Origin: Thermodesulfovibrionales bacterium
Lineage (GTDB): Bacteria > Nitrospirota > Thermodesulfovibrionia > Thermodesulfovibrionales > SM23-35
DNA length: 64,000 nt
Reading direction: 5' to 3'
NCBI GenBank assembly: GCA_030019415.1
Contig: JASEEX010000006.1
Location: 693 to 64,692 of the forward strand
Shown here: positions 16,852 to 25,843 of the stretch, piece by piece
Layout: every line of letters begins with the position of its first letter
Position numbering within the stretch: position 1 is the first letter of the stretch
Position numbers and translations under genes: made by a program
Notes under the pieces: generated by a model
The model's database searches: none
Told to the model about the DNA's origin: nothing
What the model saw: the letters and a program-made list of their open reading frames with translations, nothing else

Positions 16852-16868
16852 GTATAATTAGGTATAAT
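16848..16868 (+). promoter_or_regulatory. tandem 10-bp duplication TTAGGTATAA x2 giving two TATAAT boxes upstream of tRNA-Ser
   Basis: TATAAT at 16853-16858 and 16863-16868. The tRNA begins at 16878. No clear -35 box. Confidence 0.35.
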
Positions 16869-16877
16869 ATAGTTTAA

Positions 16878-16970
16878 GGAGAGGTGGCCGAGTTGGTCTA
16901 AGGCAGCCGCCTGCTAAGCGGTTGTGGGGGTAAAACCTCACCCAGGGTTCGAATCCCTGCCTCTCCGCCA
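16878..16970 (+). tRNA. tRNA-Ser (anticodon GCU), CCA encoded
   Basis: Acceptor GGAGAGG/CCTCTCC, anticodon loop CTGCTAA, long variable arm, T-loop GGTTCGAATCC. Confidence 0.9.
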
Positions 16971-17009
16971 GCAACTTTTAACTCATGACTAAAAATTAGG
17001 GAGGATTGG

Positions 17010-17573
17010 ATGAAAAAAAGGGTGTTAGCAGTGGCATTGTGTTTTGTTTTAGCTGGTTCAGTAAGTGTATGTAAGAAGAAGGAAACTCAGCCACCTGTCC
17101 CACAGGCACCGGGTCCTATAATGCAAGGTCCGATGCCACCAGAGGCACAGCAGCCGGTTCCAGGCCCTGGTATTATTACAATGCCAATGGGTAAATCACA
17201 GGTAGTAGTACCTGATTTTGTTAAGGGCAAATGGAGTGCGGTAAAGATTATTGTTGAAGATAAGATTATAAAGAAAACTCGGGAATACACAGTAAATCTG
17301 AATAGCGATTTCAAAATCCCGAATTCCAATCTTAAGATCCATGTTGGAGAGTTTCTACCTGACTTTAGGAAGTATGGATTTATTCTGACCTCAGCGTCCA
17401 ACAAGCCCAATAACCCGGCAGTAGGCATCAGGGTATTGGAGGGAGACAAACAGATATTTCCTACACCCGGGAAAAAGTGGGGATGGTTATTTTCTGAGTT
17501 ACCAGCAGTACATACAATCAAGCATCCGAGATACAACTTTATGCTGAAAGAAGGGGTTGCAAAGAAGGGATAA
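17010..17573 (+). CDS. hypothetical lipoprotein with Pro/Gln-rich linker
   Basis: Signal peptide with a lipobox-like LAGSVSVC. GGAGG SD. No family recognised with confidence. Confidence 0.55.
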   Translation: MKKRVLAVALCFVLAGSVSVCKKKETQPPVPQAPGPIMQGPMPPEAQQPVPGPGIITMPMGKSQVVVPDFVKGKWSAVKIIVEDKIIKKTREYTVNLNSDFKIPNSNLKIHVGEFLPDFRKYGFILTSASNKPNNPAVGIRVLEGDKQIFPTPGKKWGWLFSELPAVHTIKHPRYNFMLKEGVAKKG

Positions 17574-17581
17574 AGAACTGT

Positions 17582-17658
17582 GCGCCCATAGCTCAGCTGG
17601 ATAGAGCGTCGGACTACGAATCCGCAGGTCGGGGGTTCGAATCCTCCTGGGCGCGCCA
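17582..17658 (+). tRNA. tRNA-Arg (anticodon ACG), CCA encoded
   Basis: Acceptor GCGCCCA/TGGGCGC, D-arm GCTCAGCTGGATAGAGC, anticodon loop CTACGAA, T-arm GGGGGTTCGAATCCTCC. Confidence 0.9.
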
Positions 17659-18270
17659 TAGCAAATTGGTATATATGAAAATGGGATCTGTGTGTGTGGG
17701 ATGGGAGGCGATGATGATCTTTTCAGGTTTCCATCCTGGCATTTCGAAGTTACAGCTTATAACCTTAGCCCCAGCCTTGAGTTCCTTGGAAAGCTTTTCT
17801 CTCAACCTTTCCATCACATCAGGGAAAAGATAGCAGAAGACTATATCTGCCTCGCTGAGGTCTGCCTTCCAGAAGTCCTGAAAGTGGATGGAGACATTTG
17901 CTTGGCAGAGCCCCACCCTGAACCTGGATAGTAGATAGGCCCAAGGGTTTATCTCGAAGCCAATGGCCTTTACTTTATATCTTTTCGCTGCAGCTATCAA
18001 GAATCTTCCGTCCCCGCATCCCAGATCATAGACTACCTGCCCGGGATGCATGGGTATGACCTCTAAGATCTTTTTTATCTTTGAGCGATGGGTAGTAGTA
18101 AACATGGCCCCTCCCGTCTTGAATGATGATAGACCAGTAAGGAGGGCAAAGGCCATCTTCAGGGCAGCGAGAACTACCAAAAGGCCAAGAGAGATAAATA
18201 TAATCTCATCCATCAGGATATCTAAACCTATGATGTGCCTAATGCACAGAGCATGAAAAGCAAGGGTCAT
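17614..18270 (-). CDS. class I SAM-dependent methyltransferase with N-terminal TM segment
   Basis: Motif I VYDLGCGDGRF. The last 15 codons (LWRAQEDSNPRPADS) are antisense to tRNA-Arg. Confidence 0.7.
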   Translation of the reverse strand: MTLAFHALCIRHIIGLDILMDEIIFISLGLLVVLAALKMAFALLTGLSSFKTGGAMFTTTHRSKIKKILEVIPMHPGQVVYDLGCGDGRFLIAAAKRYKVKAIGFEINPWAYLLSRFRVGLCQANVSIHFQDFWKADLSEADIVFCYLFPDVMERLREKLSKELKAGAKVISCNFEMPGWKPEKIIIASHPTHTDPIFIYTNLLWRAQEDSNPRPADS

Positions 18271-18324
18271 AAGCCCGTATTGAACAAGGACCTAAAATAT
18301 TAGCACAGAGACAGTCCGGTGCAA

Positions 18325-18981
18325 TCACCAAGAGGAAATAATTTTTCCGTCCTTCATTAAGAGTAACCAGTCTGCGAGTCTTTTTGCCTGGGCCATGTCA
18401 TGGGTTGCAATGACAACAATTGACCTTTCCTCTTTTTTCATTTTCAAAATAATATCTTCTATTATTTCTGTATTTTCTTGATCAACAGATGCTGCTGGTT
18501 CATCAAGGAAAAATATTTCAGGCTCAATAACCATCGCCCTCGCAATACCAAGCCTCTGTGTCTCTCCGCTTGAAAGGGTCAGTGCATTCTGATTCTTTTT
18601 ATGAGTCAGTCCAACAAACTCCAGTGCCTTATCAACTTTTTCCTTTATTTTAGGCCCTTTCGTTCCCCTTATCCTCAGCCCATAAGCCGCATTCTTAAAT
18701 ACCGTAGTGTTAAAAATCCCAACTTTCGGCAATAAAAGGGTTATCCTGCGTCTTAGTTCAATGTCTCTCTTTAAAATATGTACCCCTGAAAAATAATTAA
18801 CTTCCCCTTCATCAGGATCTTCAAGAAGGCCACATATCCTGAAGAATGTTGACTTGCCACTACCATTAGGACCTATCAGAACGTAGGTTCCACTTCTATC
18901 AAATGAAAAGGAACAGTCTTTTAGGACAGGCTTTCTGTCGTAACTCTTATAAATATTTGAAATAATCAATTTTAGGTCCAT
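18325..18981 (-). CDS. tupC: ABC transporter ATP-binding protein (TupC-like)
   Basis: Walker A GPNGSGKST, signature LSSGETQR, Walker B FFLDEP. Short single-NBD protein in an operon with the permease and SBP. Confidence 0.65.
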   Translation of the reverse strand: MDLKLIISNIYKSYDRKPVLKDCSFSFDRSGTYVLIGPNGSGKSTFFRICGLLEDPDEGEVNYFSGVHILKRDIELRRRITLLLPKVGIFNTTVFKNAAYGLRIRGTKGPKIKEKVDKALEFVGLTHKKNQNALTLSSGETQRLGIARAMVIEPEIFFLDEPAASVDQENTEIIEDIILKMKKEERSIVVIATHDMAQAKRLADWLLLMKDGKIISSW

Positions 18982-19685
18982 ATAGCAGTCTCTACTACGC
19001 CTTTTTTCTGAATCAAATATAAAAACATGTTTATAATAAATGATAACATTAGAAGTATAATACCAAGTGCGAGGGCAAGTTCAAAATTCCCCTTATCCGT
19101 CTCAAGGGCAATGGTCGTGGTCATAACACGTGTATAACCAGCAATATTGCCACCTACAATAAGTATTGCCCCTACCTCAGCCATCACCCTCCCAAGGGCA
19201 GCAATTACCCCTGACATTATCCCATACCTTGCTTCTTTCATAATAGTAATCATCACCTGAAAAGGTGTTGCACCAAGGGTAAGTGAAGCCTGTTTAATGA
19301 GAGGCTCGATTTTTTTAATAGCTGAGTGGGAAAGGGCAGCCACGATAGGAAAGGCAAGAATGCTCTGGGCAATAATCATTGCTGAAGGTGTATAGAGCAA
19401 GGCCATGAAGCCGAGGGGTCCTCTCCTTGATAGTAGAAGATATAGAAAGAGTCCAACAACGACAGGTGGAAGACCCATAAAGGTATTCAGGAGGCTGATA
19501 ATTAATCCCCTTCCCGGAAATCTCTTCAATCCCGTCAGGGCACCAATCGGCAAACCTAAAACTGTTGCTATTATAAGGGCTGTACCAGAAACCCCGAGGG
19601 ACAAAAATATAATACTTAACAGCTCTGGATCGAGAGTAAATATAAGGGAAAAGGCCCTTCTAAAACCCTCTATGATTGGGTCCAT
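18972..19685 (-). CDS. tupB: ABC transporter permease (TupB-like)
   Basis: BPD-type permease. Probable start MDPIIEGF at 19685; the longer track ORF runs into the spacer repeat. Confidence 0.65.
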   Translation of the reverse strand: MDPIIEGFRRAFSLIFTLDPELLSIIFLSLGVSGTALIIATVLGLPIGALTGLKRFPGRGLIISLLNTFMGLPPVVVGLFLYLLLSRRGPLGFMALLYTPSAMIIAQSILAFPIVAALSHSAIKKIEPLIKQASLTLGATPFQVMITIMKEARYGIMSGVIAALGRVMAEVGAILIVGGNIAGYTRVMTTTIALETDKGNFELALALGIILLMLSFIINMFLYLIQKKGVVETAIWT

Positions 19686-19732
19686 GCCAAAACCATGATA
19701 CAAAATTAAAGGTGTAAAGTCCCATAATAGCT

Positions 19733-19993
19733 CAAATAACCAATCATCAATAACCAATCACCGAACAAGCTCCAACTGCCAATAATTAAACATTAAAATT
19801 CAAAATCCTAATATCTAAATCCTAAACAAATTCAAAATCCTAAATTCAAATATTTAAAATGTTTTGAATTTTGTATTTTGAGCATTTGTGCTTGTTTAGA
19901 ATTTAGGATTTGGGATTTCGGATTTAAACCCTTTAGGATTCCGAATTTGGTATTTCTTTTCAGCATGTTTGGTTATTGTAATTTGGTTATTGG
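19733..19993. repeat. 261-bp imperfect palindrome of heptamer-phased units (tupA-tupB spacer)
   Basis: Left arm CAAATAA CCAATCA TCAATAA ... AAATCCT AAATTCA. Centre AAATTCAAA-tatttaaaatgt-TTTGAATTT. Right arm ...AGGATTT GGGATTT ... TTGGTTA TTGGTTA. Confidence 0.75.
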
Positions 19994-20818
19994 TTATTTT
20001 GCTGCATTGGGAATAAATAGCCGATTGCCATGTTTATCTTTAAATGATGCTATGGCCTGCTGTCCTTCCTTTGATATGATCCAATTGATAAATTCCATGG
20101 ACTCTTTATATTTAACATGTTTATGTTTTTCAGGATTGACCGCCATGACCCCGTATTGATTGAATAATATCGGGTCGCCTTCAAGAACTATAATCATTTC
20201 GAGCTTGTCTCTCTCTCTTGTTGTAAACCATGTGCCCCTGTCTGTTAGAGTATATGCACGTTTTTCGTTTGCAATCCTCTGGGTCTTTTCCATTCCCTGA
20301 CCTGATTCGAGATACCATTTATTCCCTTTTGGGTCAACACCTGTTTTTTTCCAAATTTCGAGTTCTTTATTATGGGTCCCTGAATTATCTCCACGCGAAA
20401 CAAAGGGATATCCAGTCACTGCGATTTTGCGGAATGCATCAGAAGCAAGTTTCATCCCTTTTATTTTTGCAGGATCATCTGAAGGACCTATAAGTATAAA
20501 ATCGTTATACATGACGTCATGGCGATTGACAAAGTATCCTTCCTCAACCGCCTTTAATTCCAGTTCCTTTGCATGAACGAAGACCATATCTGCATCGCCC
20601 CTTTTCCCTATCTCGATGGCTGCACCCGTGCCAACAGCAACCACATCAACCTTAATGCCCATCTTCTTCTCAAATATGGGCAGAATGTAATCAAATAATC
20701 CAGAATTCTGGATACTTGTAGTTGATGCACAGCGGATCCTTGTTTCTGGAGATACCGTGCAGGCGAAAAAACTAAATATAACTGTTACTAATACTAAAAG
20801 ACCCTTTGATAACTTCAT
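19994..20818 (-). CDS. tupA: tungstate/molybdate-type ABC substrate-binding protein (TupA-like)
   Basis: Signal peptide with lipobox-like FFAC. ASTTSIQNSGL anion-binding motif and GTGAAIEIGKRGDADM, typical of TupA-like PBPs. Confidence 0.6.
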   Translation of the reverse strand: MKLSKGLLVLVTVIFSFFACTVSPETRIRCASTTSIQNSGLFDYILPIFEKKMGIKVDVVAVGTGAAIEIGKRGDADMVFVHAKELELKAVEEGYFVNRHDVMYNDFILIGPSDDPAKIKGMKLASDAFRKIAVTGYPFVSRGDNSGTHNKELEIWKKTGVDPKGNKWYLESGQGMEKTQRIANEKRAYTLTDRGTWFTTRERDKLEMIIVLEGDPILFNQYGVMAVNPEKHKHVKYKESMEFINWIISKEGQQAIASFKDKHGNRLFIPNAAK

Positions 20819-20880
20819 CTCTTCCTTTTCAATCAGGAGTTTTTCCTTCTTACCTCATCCATAACCAAAAAATATGCTTA

Positions 20881-21417
20881 TCAAAACCCTCCCAGAGAAT
20901 CTGGTAGGTCTCCGGAAAAGAGCGTGTTAAAAATTTCTGGTATAAGCCTTATTTCAACAATCACCTTATCGTTCTTAATCCTGTAATATACTTCGAGGAC
21001 ATCATCCCTACCATGAACAAAAGGATAATACAGAGGCCTCAATTCATATCCAATAGTATTTCCTTTGTCATCAATAATCCTGCTTAATTGAGAGCGCCAG
21101 AAGGAATTGTGAAAACTTACAAATTTTTTCGCTTCATTCAAGGCCTCTTCAGCAGGGCTCTCTCTTTTTATCTTATAATCAAACTCAGGTGCGTAAGGCT
21201 CAAATTCATACTGGTCTCCTTCTTTATCAAGGAAGGCAATGGTTTCTAAGTCGTTAATATGTCTCCCTCCGTATAATACCAGTGTAAAGAACCCTGTAAT
21301 TTCTTCTTTTCTCGCCTCTTTTGTTTTTAAGTACTTTGTAACCGCAAGAGAATCTTCGGCTGTGAGGAATAAGATGAACATAAGTATCACTATACGGATA
21401 TTAACAATCTTTCTCAT
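20881..21417 (-). CDS. hypothetical secreted protein
   Basis: N-terminal signal-like hydrophobic segment. No recognisable family. Overlaps the upstream ORF by ATGA. Confidence 0.45.
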   Translation of the reverse strand: MRKIVNIRIVILMFILFLTAEDSLAVTKYLKTKEARKEEITGFFTLVLYGGRHINDLETIAFLDKEGDQYEFEPYAPEFDYKIKRESPAEEALNEAKKFVSFHNSFWRSQLSRIIDDKGNTIGYELRPLYYPFVHGRDDVLEVYYRIKNDKVIVEIRLIPEIFNTLFSGDLPDSLGGF

Positions 21418-21743
21418 GGTTCCGCCTCTGGTATAGGTTCATTAAACCTCTCGAGGAGTTTCAGGCTTTCTCCGAGGTTCTCCATATCATTAATCTCGAG
21501 GATGACCCCGATATCCATCTTCTTCTCGAGAAGAAACCCGAGTGCTCTCAATTCTCTACAACCTTCTAAAAGGCCCCAATGGTCCCTGAGACCGCCATTA
21601 TGTGGGCCATTATATCTGTGAATGTGTACAAAACTCAATTTATCAATTATATCTGCTTTAAGTTCCTTTACAAATCTAACTGAGTCTATACCTGCAGCCT
21701 CAACATGCCCTATGTCGAGGGTTACAGAGTTTGCAAATCGCAA
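21414..21743 (-). pseudogene. C-terminal fragment of a xylose-isomerase-like TIM-barrel (sugar phosphate isomerase/epimerase) protein
   Basis: Only about 109 codons, TTG start. LDIGHV...FVHIH...HWGL motifs resemble the distal half of the fold. The N-terminal half is absent. Confidence 0.45.
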
Positions 21744-21886
21744 GCAACTGTAGTTTAGAAAAAATATTGGAGTGAATACCCCCCATACCCTGAGCTTCCT
21801 TTCTTGACTCTGTTAAACCTTAGTAGACTTTACCACCGATTTGTGCAGGTCGTCGACGTGGTTCTAACAATGATAGAGCAAAATCT

Positions 21887-22453
21887 TTAGTCAACAATCA
21901 ACTCATCTAATGATCGCTTTGGAACATGGTGAACACCCTCGCTATCCCTCCAATACTTAATATCTCCTTCTGGACCAACTCTTTCGATCAACACTTTCTC
22001 TTTTGGCTTCCCAAGAGCCAAAACCAAAAGTATTTCATATCTTTCTGGAATATTAAGAGCAGTTCTAAGTTCCTCTCTTTGTATTGAGCCAATTATACAA
22101 CCTCCTAAATCTTTCTCTCTGGCACCCAGAAGAATACTTTGGGTAGCGATTCCAGCATCATATCCAAAGAAAGAGGCAATCTTTTTGTCACCAAGGATAA
22201 TGATATAAGCAGATGGTCTTTCTCCCTCAGGTGGACGCCAGTCTTTTAGATAACCAGCCCAACTAAGACAAGGGAATATTAGATTGTTCTTTTCAGGATC
22301 GCAAGAAAGGATATATTTTAATGGTTGTAGGTTCCCTGACGAGGGAGAAAGCCTGGCCAGATCAATTAGCTCTCTTAAGGTTTGGATACCTATTTTAAAT
22401 TCCTGATAAAAACGGCGACAGCTTCTATTTCTTTGAATCAAATCTTTTAACAT
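21887..22453 (-). CDS. nitroreductase family protein
   Basis: RRSCRRF N-terminal motif, SPSSGNLQP, and 188 aa. Confidence 0.85.
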   Translation of the reverse strand: MLKDLIQRNRSCRRFYQEFKIGIQTLRELIDLARLSPSSGNLQPLKYILSCDPEKNNLIFPCLSWAGYLKDWRPPEGERPSAYIIILGDKKIASFFGYDAGIATQSILLGAREKDLGGCIIGSIQREELRTALNIPERYEILLVLALGKPKEKVLIERVGPEGDIKYWRDSEGVHHVPKRSLDELIVD

Positions 22454-22707
22454 AACGTCTCACCTCTCTCAGATAAGCTATTAATAATCTAAAATTCCAA
22501 AAGGCTATTAAATTAAGAGTCAATCTAAGTTTACTCTATATAGTGGTTCTAAGTATAATACCTCTAAATCTTGAAAGAGGTTTTCTCAGATTAGAGGTTT
22601 TAGCATATTAGAAATTGAATGGCCAAGGAAGTTAGAAGAAGGAGAGGAGATCGAAGTGGAATAGATTATCCCTTAAGGATAAATATTGACGTTATACTGA
22701 AAGAGTT

Positions 22708-22970
22708 ATGAGAATAGGAATGATTTCAGATACTCATACTTCGAGTCTATCTCTTGAGGTATTAGAAAAGCTCAAAAGACGGTTTGTTTCTTACTGATAA
22801 AAAATTAGAAAATAAATTCAAAGGAGAAACGATTGATATATATCTTCATGGCCATACCCATCGACTAAGAGTTTTTCCGGGTCTGCAACTCCTCTTATGT
22901 TATGGATGAGCCGTTATCCGGGTATTAAGAAATGGACCAGTTCTGACAGTTCAGGCATTTGAAGTTGCAG
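22708..22970 (+). pseudogene. disrupted MJ0936/YfcE-type metallophosphoesterase
   Basis: MRIGMISDTHT start followed by an early stop. A downstream piece in another frame reads IYLHGHTHRLRVF. Confidence 0.5.
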
Positions 22971-23069
22971 CCAGCCATGAAGATTGTGTAGCTTTTAGGA
23001 GGAGCTGGATGGCCATTTTTCAGTCTCTTATTTACATTATGGCAGTAATAGGCGTAGCAATTTACTTAA

Positions 23070-24557
23070 TTACTTAATAAGCTTTATCAAATCCCCCTCT
23101 TTTAATGGGGTTCCGACTTCTATACCATTCAGTTTAGCAATCTCAGGGGCCTTCTCAGCTTCACCCAATTCCTTCTCAGCAATGGAAGTGAGTGTATCTC
23201 CTCTCTGAACTTTATAAGTCTTTATTCGCAAACCTCTAATTGCTCCAGCCTCATCTGCCGAAAGGACTCTGAAGCTAAAGATGCTCTGAGAGAAGACCTC
23301 CTCTACCCCCTTAAATTCATAGGGTGGGGCAAGCCCCATTAGATGATGGGCCTTATCCCCTTTAAGGATAAAAGCCATCTTTAATCTGACAGGCCCGACC
23401 AGCTCTACCCTACCATCTGCTACTGAAACAAAGGCATCAAGGCCATTAATGCGGACTGAGGTGCCGGAGATAAGCCTGAGCCCCTTTTTCCTGAAGAAAT
23501 CCCTGGCATATACTTCAGCTGTAATCCTTTTAGCCAGGTCATGGCTGGTTAACTCCATAATGTGATCTGCCTTAGGATTTTTCACCAGGAGCCGCCCCTT
23601 TTCATTGGTTATCTTCCATCCTTTTGGAAAGGTTACCTCAATAGCAAGGTCCCGATGCCTGAAGACGTTTCCAATAACCGTCCCGTGCCTGGGGTCATCA
23701 CCATAAAGGAGGTCTTCAATTTTGCCTTTATATTCGTTAGCAAGCCTAATAACCTCCCTCTTGTCCACGAGGTAAGCCTTTGCCTTTTCCCTGTTTTTAT
23801 CAATCCTTTCTTCTATGGGGGGATGGCTGGCAAAGAGGCCCTCAAAAAAGCTCCTTTCCTTCTTTGGTTCATCTTTCATCCTTTCTAATGTCTGCATGAA
23901 AGAGACCGAAGCTTCTGGGTCATAGCCAGCTTTAAAAGCATATTCTATTGCAAGGGAGTCAGCCTGAAGCTCATTCTTTCTGCCGTATCCCTGTAAGATT
24001 CCTACAAAAAGGAGGTCGAAAAGATCGCTATACCTTCTCTGAGCCACCCGGTATTCTTCAATAAAGATAGCACCGAGGGTAGAGAGTATCTGATAACTTC
24101 TTACCTTGGTCAGCTGATAAACTGCATGGCGGGCAGTGACATGTCCTATCTCATGAGCAAGCACGCAGGCAAGCTCTGCCTCACTGTTTAGCCATGCAAG
24201 CATCCCCCTTGTAATGTAGATATAACCTCCGGGCAGGGCGAAGGCATTGACTACCGGGGAATCCAGTATCTTAAACCGATAGATCAAATCAGAACGATGA
24301 GAAACCTGTGCCACCTTTTGCCCCACCTGATTGACATATTCCTGCAGCTTTCGATCTTCATGCAGGCCGTATTCCTCTATGATTTTTGGATCCATCTTTC
24401 TGCCGATCTCTATTTCTTCCTTTTCACTTACCAATACAAACTCTCGCTCTTTGGTTATAGGGCTAACCGCACAGCCAAGAAGGAGAAAGAGACTTGATCC
24501 TATGAGAAAGGCTCCAAGAAAACTTTTTCTGATAAAGTACCTAACTAACCAAACCAT
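23070..24557 (-). CDS. M48 family metallopeptidase lipoprotein with C-terminal LysM domain
   Basis: Lipobox LLLGC, HEIGHV zinc motif, and C-terminal YKVQRGDTLTSIA...LNGI (LysM). Confidence 0.85.
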   Translation of the reverse strand: MVWLVRYFIRKSFLGAFLIGSSLFLLLGCAVSPITKEREFVLVSEKEEIEIGRKMDPKIIEEYGLHEDRKLQEYVNQVGQKVAQVSHRSDLIYRFKILDSPVVNAFALPGGYIYITRGMLAWLNSEAELACVLAHEIGHVTARHAVYQLTKVRSYQILSTLGAIFIEEYRVAQRRYSDLFDLLFVGILQGYGRKNELQADSLAIEYAFKAGYDPEASVSFMQTLERMKDEPKKERSFFEGLFASHPPIEERIDKNREKAKAYLVDKREVIRLANEYKGKIEDLLYGDDPRHGTVIGNVFRHRDLAIEVTFPKGWKITNEKGRLLVKNPKADHIMELTSHDLAKRITAEVYARDFFRKKGLRLISGTSVRINGLDAFVSVADGRVELVGPVRLKMAFILKGDKAHHLMGLAPPYEFKGVEEVFSQSIFSFRVLSADEAGAIRGLRIKTYKVQRGDTLTSIAEKELGEAEKAPEIAKLNGIEVGTPLKEGDLIKLIK

Positions 24558-24778
24558 AATCTTTCTCTCTCAGGTTTTTTCAAAAGCAGAGAGCCTTTTC
24601 ACCTGATAATTTCTTCACCGTTTTTCTGTAAATAAATAACTTTTCGTTTATAATTTAAAATCTACAATAGAAACTGTCAATCGCCTGTTACAGCCTTTAC
24701 GGGAGGATGATATTACAAAATCACAGGGAGTAATCATGAACCCAACCGAAGCGGTTTGCTTTGACTTCCGAGGGATCA

Positions 24779-25618
24779 ATGAAAGCAGCATTTGAATGCT
24801 ACGGCTGCCTAAAGAAATTGATTGAACAGGCCGCTTATCTTGCAACAAAGGATAGTTCTTTAAGACAGAGGGCAATAAAAAGTGCAATGAATATCCTAAG
24901 GAGTAAATTCTCTTACAGCCAGATGCCCATTGTGTTAGCTACAAAATTTCACAATATCATAAAGGAAATAACAGGAAACCCTGATCCATACAGGGAGATG
25001 AAAGAAAAAGAAATAGCAACTGCCAGGGAAATTTATCCGAGGATAATCTCCCAATATAAGAATGACCTTAAGGATTGCGTTAAGCTGGCAGTTGTGGCCA
25101 ATGCTATTGATTTCTTCAGGGAAATCGGGGAAGCTGAAGCAGACCTACAAAAAATTGTAAATCTTACCCTGGATGATTCAGATATCCTTGAGGGAAGACT
25201 GAGAGATAGTAGCAATGTTTTGTATCTGGCAGATAATGCAGGTGAAGTTTATTTTGACTTGCCTCTTTTCAGATGGATGAAGCGATTTGCTTACATCACT
25301 TATGTGGTTAAGTCCGCAGCTGTTCAAGACGATATAACTATGGAAGATCTAAAGAAAACAGGTCTTGAAGGTGAGTTTGGTAGGATAATAACCACCGGTG
25401 TAGCTTCCCCGGGGATAATTTTTGATTTAGCTTCAGATGAATTCAAAAGGGAGTTTAAATCAGCAGACCTCGTATTTGCCAAAGGAATGGGATATTATGA
25501 ATCCTTATCAGAATTTCCTATGAGGGGGAAAATTTTTTATTGCCTTAAGGCTAAATGTAAGCCAGTAGCAGATTCACTGGAAGTACCCTTAAATAGTTAT
25601 GTAGCTAAATTCTGTTAA
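24779..25618 (+). CDS. DUF89/ARMT1-like damage-control phosphatase family protein
   Basis: N-terminal CxxC (ECYGC), DNAGE and GMGYYESL-type motifs characteristic of DUF89. Confidence 0.65.
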   Translation: MKAAFECYGCLKKLIEQAAYLATKDSSLRQRAIKSAMNILRSKFSYSQMPIVLATKFHNIIKEITGNPDPYREMKEKEIATAREIYPRIISQYKNDLKDCVKLAVVANAIDFFREIGEAEADLQKIVNLTLDDSDILEGRLRDSSNVLYLADNAGEVYFDLPLFRWMKRFAYITYVVKSAAVQDDITMEDLKKTGLEGEFGRIITTGVASPGIIFDLASDEFKREFKSADLVFAKGMGYYESLSEFPMRGKIFYCLKAKCKPVADSLEVPLNSYVAKFC

Positions 25619-25843
25619 TTACTTCTTTACCGGCTTTTCCTCTCTTCTTATTTCGATCGCCATATTTTCCAAATCTTCCTCCCTTACGCAAAATTGGCTG
25701 CCTCCTCTACCGCTATTGTTAATTATACAACAGCTTCCCTTTGACCATAATAAGCGCCTCTCCTTTAGTATCTGTCAGGTCTTTGAGTGTCGGCATATCT
25801 ATGAATTGTAAAATCGTTTTATAAGTCCTTGAGATAAGAGCTT

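Noticed and set aside
19686-19757. 24-codon N-terminal extension of the tupB permease ORF (MVIDDWLFELLWDF...).
   Set aside because: It is encoded by the heptamer palindrome arm. The internal MDPIIEGF start gives a normal permease N-terminus.
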